Source of the DNA: Pseudomonadota bacterium
GTDB taxonomy: Bacteria; Pseudomonadota; Gammaproteobacteria; Pseudomonadales; Moraxellaceae
Direction of reading: 5' to 3'
Length of the DNA stretch: 64,000 nucleotides
Assembly (NCBI GenBank): GCA_040385265.1
Contig: JAZKHS010000005.1
Coordinates: forward strand, 7,914-71,913
In this document: in pieces, positions 60,384 to 64,000 of the stretch
How the letters are laid out: each line of letters opens with the position of its first letter
Position numbering within the stretch: the stretch's first letter is position 1
Notes under the pieces: generated by a model
Told to the model about the DNA's origin: nothing
Databases searched by the model: none
The model's input: the letters and a program-made list of their open reading frames with translations, nothing else
Position numbers and translations under genes: made by a program

Positions 60384-62012
60384 ATGTCCGAGTCCGTGTT
60401 GCGCCTAGCCCTTGCCCAGGCTGATTTCCTGGTGGGTGACATTCCCGGCAATACCGACAAGGTGCTGGCGCTGGCCGCCCGCGCCCGCGACGAGCAGGGC
60501 GCCGACCTGGTCGTCTTTCCGGAGCTGGCGCTGGTCGGCTATCCCCCCGAGGACCTGCTGCTGCGGCCCAGCCTGGACGGTCGCATCGACGCGGCGCTGG
60601 CGCGCTTGGCCGAGGTCGCGGGCATCCATATCCTGGTCGGCTATCCGGCCCGCCGCGACGGCCGCCTGCGTAATCTCGCCGGCCTCTGGCGCGACGGCCA
60701 GTGCCTGTGCGAATACGCCAAGCACGAGTTGCCCAACTACCAGGTCTTTGACGAGAAGCGCTATTTCACCGCCGGCCAGCACGCCACCGTGTTCGAGCTG
60801 AAGGGGCAGCGCCTGGGCATCACGCTGTGCGAGGACATCTGGCACTCCGGCCCCGCCATGGCGGCGCGCGGCGCCGGCGCCGGCCTGCTGCTCAACCTCA
60901 ACGCCTCGCCGTTTCACCAGGGCAAGCAGGCCGAGCGCATGGCCATCGTCCAGGAGCGCGTGCGCGAGACCGGCCTGCCGGCCCTGTATGTGAACCTGGT
61001 CGGCGGCCAGGACGAACTGGTCTTTGACGGCGGTTCGTTTGCCATGAATGGCGACGGCCACATCGCCACCGAGCTGCCGCGCTTCACCGAGTCGCTGGTG
61101 ACCGTGGAATTCGCCGCCGGGGCCTTCCGGCCCGGCGCGCGCGCCGTGGCGCTGGCGCCGGAAGCCGAGGTCTACCAGGCGCTGGTGCTGGGCGTGCGTG
61201 ACTATGTGCTGAAGAGCGGGTTCCGCGGCGCCGTGCTCGGCCTGTCCGGCGGCATTGATTCGGCGCTGACGCTGGCCATTGCCGTGGATGCCATTGGCGC
61301 CGACAAGGTGCAGGCGGTGATGATGCCCTATCACTACACCTCTGGCATGAGTCTGGAGGATGCCGAGGCCGAGGCGCGCATCCTTGGCGTGGAGTATTCC
61401 GTACTGTCCATTGCGCCCATGGTGGAGGCGTTCAGCGCGACCCTGGCGCCGGAGTTCGCCGGCCTTGGCCGAGACAAGACCGAGGAGAACCTGCAGGCGC
61501 GTGCGCGCGGCGTGCTGCTCATGGCCATCTCCAACAAGAAGGGCCTGCTGGTGCTGACCACGGGGAACAAGTCGGAAATGGCGGTGGGCTATGCCACGCT
61601 TTACGGCGACATGGCCGGCGGCCTCGATGTGCTGAAGGATGTGCCCAAGACGCTGGTGTTCCGGTTGTCGGAGTACCGCAACGCGCTGTCGCCGGAGCAT
61701 CCGCCCATTCCGCAGCGTGTCATCGACCGCCCGCCTTCGGCGGAGCTGGCGCCCGACCAGAAGGACGAGGATTCGCTGCCGCCGTATCCGGTGCTGGACG
61801 CCATTCTCAAGCGCTATGTGGAAGAGGACGAGAGCGCGGGCGCCATCATCGCCGCCGGCTTCGATGCCGACACCGTGCATCGCGTGGTGCGCATGGTCGA
61901 CGGCAACGAGTACAAGCGCCGCCAGGCGGCCATTGGTCCGCGCATCAGCCGGCGCGGCTTCGGCAAGGATCGCCGCTACCCTATCGTCAACGGCTGGCGC
62001 CCCGGGCACTGA
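60384..62012 (+). CDS. nadE: Glutamine-dependent NAD+ synthetase
   Basis: Internal start MSESVLRLALAQADF. It has an N-terminal CN-hydrolase domain (FPELALVGYPPEDL, ICEDIW) and a C-terminal NAD synthetase domain with the SGGIDS P-loop. Confidence 0.95.
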   Translation: MSESVLRLALAQADFLVGDIPGNTDKVLALAARARDEQGADLVVFPELALVGYPPEDLLLRPSLDGRIDAALARLAEVAGIHILVGYPARRDGRLRNLAGLWRDGQCLCEYAKHELPNYQVFDEKRYFTAGQHATVFELKGQRLGITLCEDIWHSGPAMAARGAGAGLLLNLNASPFHQGKQAERMAIVQERVRETGLPALYVNLVGGQDELVFDGGSFAMNGDGHIATELPRFTESLVTVEFAAGAFRPGARAVALAPEAEVYQALVLGVRDYVLKSGFRGAVLGLSGGIDSALTLAIAVDAIGADKVQAVMMPYHYTSGMSLEDAEAEARILGVEYSVLSIAPMVEAFSATLAPEFAGLGRDKTEENLQARARGVLLMAISNKKGLLVLTTGNKSEMAVGYATLYGDMAGGLDVLKDVPKTLVFRLSEYRNALSPEHPPIPQRVIDRPPSAELAPDQKDEDSLPPYPVLDAILKRYVEEDESAGAIIAAGFDADTVHRVVRMVDGNEYKRRQAAIGPRISRRGFGKDRRYPIVNGWRPGH

Positions 62013-62401
62013 GGCGCACGCCTGACAGCTGCCCCTGGCCGGCTTTCGTTTGCCCTGCGCCTGGTACAGCTCAGTCTATCCGGTGACTGGAGTCCCGGGT
62101 TCACGCGGGTCTGCTCCTCACCTTCAGGCGGTGTTCCCGGGCCGGATACCGGCACCTCCCGGCCGCTCCGGGGTTGCTCTTGCAGGGATCGGGTTTCCGA
62201 CCGCCGGCAAGGGCATAAGTGGTTGTTTTTAAATGCTCCAGATGCCTTCCTAGGCGTCGGGCTGTCGACTTGTCGCACAGCATTTCCCGGCCCTTGGCCG
62301 TCCTTGCGACATCCTCCTTCCGTCTGCGGTCCAGTCCTTCCCGCTGCCCGTCCTGGCGGGCCGGACTATGCTGAACCGTGCCGTCAGGGGAGGTGTCCAC
62401 C

Positions 62402-62899
62402 ATGACCATCTATGAGGTACTCCGGCATGAGCATCATGTCATCCGGGCCTGCCTGCAACGCATCGCCGATCTTGGGGAGCGCAAGCCGCTGACCCGCCAG
62501 CGCCACTTCCGCCAGTTACAGGAGTTGCTGGTCGTCCATGCCGCGGCGGTGGAAGCGATTTTCCATGCCCCCTTGCTGGAGCACGACGCCACCGCATCAC
62601 TTGCCCGCCGCGGGCGCGTCCGCCATGACGTCGCTGGCAGCCTCATGGAGATGATCGCCGGCCTGCCCCCCGCAGAGCCCGACTGGACCGCCTATTTTGC
62701 GGTGTTGGGCGAGGTGCTGGAGTTGCAGATGCGGCGCGAGGAAAAGGAAATGTTCCGGCTGGCACGCAAGGTGCTGGACCAGGAGACTGCCGCGCTCATG
62801 GGCGAGGCCTTGCTGCAGGTGGGCAAGGGCCGCGAGGTGATGGCGCAGGTGGAGATACAGCCTGCCCCGGTGCCGGAAGGGGCCCGCTCCCTGCATTGA
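62402..62899 (+). CDS. Hemerythrin-like (HHE cation-binding) domain protein
   Basis: Internal start MTIYEVLRHEHHVIRACLQRI. The His/Glu spacing recurs (HAAAVEAIFH, EEKEMF). 165 aa. The family call is tentative. Confidence 0.6.
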   Translation: MTIYEVLRHEHHVIRACLQRIADLGERKPLTRQRHFRQLQELLVVHAAAVEAIFHAPLLEHDATASLARRGRVRHDVAGSLMEMIAGLPPAEPDWTAYFAVLGEVLELQMRREEKEMFRLARKVLDQETAALMGEALLQVGKGREVMAQVEIQPAPVPEGARSLH

Positions 62900-62922
62900 G
62901 GGAACCGGCCGGGGTCTGCGGG

Positions 62923-63762
62923 TCAGCGGCCGTCGCTGCCGAGCAGGCCGAAGGTCAGCAAGTTGAGGCGGGAGCGGGCGTCGTTGTCGATGATTTCGCG
63001 GGTCAGTGCGTCCTCGCCGCGGTATTCGGGATAGCTGGCCTTCAGCAGGGCGCGCTGCTGGGTCGCGAGGTCGGCCAACCCCAGCTTGTCATAGGCCCAG
63101 GCCTGCAGGGCGAGGGCGTCGGGCACTTGCGGGGCGCCCGGGAAGTTCTCGATCACGTAACGGCTGCGGTTGATGCAGGAGAGCCAGGCCTTCTTGCGCG
63201 CGTACAGCCGCGCCACATGCATTTCGGATTCGGCGAACTGGTTGCGGATCCAGGTCATGCGGGCACGCGCATCCGGCGCGTATTCGCTGGCCGGGTGGCG
63301 CAGCAGCAGTTCACGGAAACTGGTGAAGGCCTCCTGCAGGCTGGTCAGGTCGCGCGCATGGGTCTTCACCGGCAGGTAGCGGGTGAAGAAATCCTGGGTA
63401 GCCTCGAAATCAGCCAGGCCGCGCAGATACCAGGCGTAGTCCGCCTGGGGATGGTTGGGGTGCAGGCGAATGAAGCGCTCGGCAGCGGCGGCGGCGCCGG
63501 CATAGTCGATATGGCGGTAATTGGCGTAGATCAGCTCGAGCTGGGCCTGCTCGGTATAGGCGCCCACGGGAAAGTGGGACTCCAGCGCCTCCAGGTCTTC
63601 GGTAGCCTGGGTGAAGTTGCCGGCGCGCAGGCTTTTCTGGGCCTGCTCGTAATACTGCTTCTCGGACATCACCTTGGGCTTGCTGGAAGCGCAGGCGCCC
63701 AGCAGGAGGGCCAGCAGGAACAGGGTCAGCGCGCGCGGCAGCGCGGTCGGCAGGCGGGGCAT
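62923..63762 (-). CDS. bamD: Outer membrane protein assembly factor BamD
   Basis: 279 aa with a lipoprotein signal (LFLLALLLGAC/ASS) followed by TPR-like repeats (YYEQAQKSLRAGNFTQATEDLEAL...). It is divergent from rluD, as in E. coli and Pseudomonas. Confidence 0.92.
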   Translation of the reverse strand: MPRLPTALPRALTLFLLALLLGACASSKPKVMSEKQYYEQAQKSLRAGNFTQATEDLEALESHFPVGAYTEQAQLELIYANYRHIDYAGAAAAAERFIRLHPNHPQADYAWYLRGLADFEATQDFFTRYLPVKTHARDLTSLQEAFTSFRELLLRHPASEYAPDARARMTWIRNQFAESEMHVARLYARKKAWLSCINRSRYVIENFPGAPQVPDALALQAWAYDKLGLADLATQQRALLKASYPEYRGEDALTREIIDNDARSRLNLLTFGLLGSDGR

Positions 63763-63870
63763 GGGACGTCCGGTATTTAGGGGCAGCGGTGTGTAAGGCA
63801 GGGACAGGCCGGGGCCCGGTCGCTACAATGCGGCGCCATTGTAACGCTATCCACCACCGGGTCCACACGC

Positions 63871-64000
63871 ATGTCTGTAACCGTCACTCTCTCGGCCGAG
63901 GTCCCCTTCGACTATGCCGGCATGCGCCTGGACCAGGCCGCTGCCCAGCTTTTCGGGGAGTATTCCCGCGAGCGCCTCAAGGAATGGATCAAGGACGGCC
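63871..64000 (+). CDS. rluD: 23S rRNA pseudouridine synthase D, N-terminal fragment (continues beyond the window end)
   Basis: The ATG at 63871 gives MSVTVTLSAEVPFDYAGMRLDQAAAQLFGEYSRERLKEWIKDG. By eye this aligns with the E. coli RluD N-terminus (...GQRLDQALAEMFPDYSRSRIKEWILD). Confidence 0.8.
   Translation, partial: MSVTVTLSAEVPFDYAGMRLDQAAAQLFGEYSRERLKEWIKDG

Noticed and set aside
62101-62409. 102-aa minus-strand ORF (MVMVDTSPDGTVQH...) filling the nadE-hemerythrin gap.
   Set aside because: It uses many codons that are rare for this genome (AGG, AGA, GGA, CTA, TTA, ACA). Its GC3 is only about 70% by my count, against much higher values in real genes here. It has no motif, and it overlaps the hemerythrin start.

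Overview
This is a high-GC bacterial chromosomal segment, roughly two-thirds G+C by eye. Gene content and order are typical of a gammaproteobacterium. From memory, the right half matches the Pseudomonas aeruginosa block ispB-rplU-rpmA-obg-proB ... rpsT-murJ-ribF-ileS-lspA-fkpB-ispH-[minor pilins]-pilR-pilS-bamD-rluD. Contents from left to right: (1) dusB (partial), a DUF3426 zinc-ribbon gene, prmA, accC, accB and aroQ, all on the minus strand. (2) A stand-alone DsbD-gamma-like thioredoxin protein, then a DUF2333-like gene. (3) A complete aa3-type cytochrome c oxidase locus with assembly genes: coxB-ctaD-cox11-coxC, DUF2909, SURF1, a Sco-like CxxxC protein, ctaA and cyoE. (4) A LemA gene plus a long M48 metallopeptidase. 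(5) Two cold-shock-domain genes flanking a DUF482/FemAB-like gene. (6) A nitroreductase, rhlB-glpE and yjcH-actP-acs. (7) A COG4389 membrane protein, historically annotated as a site-specific recombinase, then tRNA-Pro(CGG). (8) ispB, rplU-rpmA, obg, proB, an LpxR-like gene plus an EamA transporter, rpsT, rsuA and murJ-ribF-ileS-lspA-fkpB-ispH. (9) A type IV pilus minor-pilin cluster: fimU-pilV-pilW-pilX-pilY1, a second FimT-like gene, and pilE inverted. (10) A ThiO-like oxidase, pilR-pilS with a small zinc-finger gene, nadE, a hemerythrin-like gene, bamD and rluD (partial). I found no CRISPR array, rRNA, transposase or integrase, reverse transcriptase, or recognisable defence or toxin-antitoxin module. 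I cannot defend any claim of a wholly new multi-gene system; the window is mostly conserved housekeeping DNA. The items most worth a second look are: a cold-shock domain fused to a 4-TM membrane anchor, which is a paralog of the free csp gene 1.5 kb upstream; an unusually long PilY1 whose vWA-like head is interrupted by two internally repeated beta-sandwich-like modules; the LemA/M48-peptidase pair, where the peptidase has a long TerB-like tail; the COG4389 polytopic membrane protein; a Sco-like CxxxC protein in the cox assembly operon; the small TM/zinc-finger gene coupled to pilSR; and two intergenic hexanucleotide microsatellites. All domain calls come from reading the translations and from memory of protein families. 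No database search was run.
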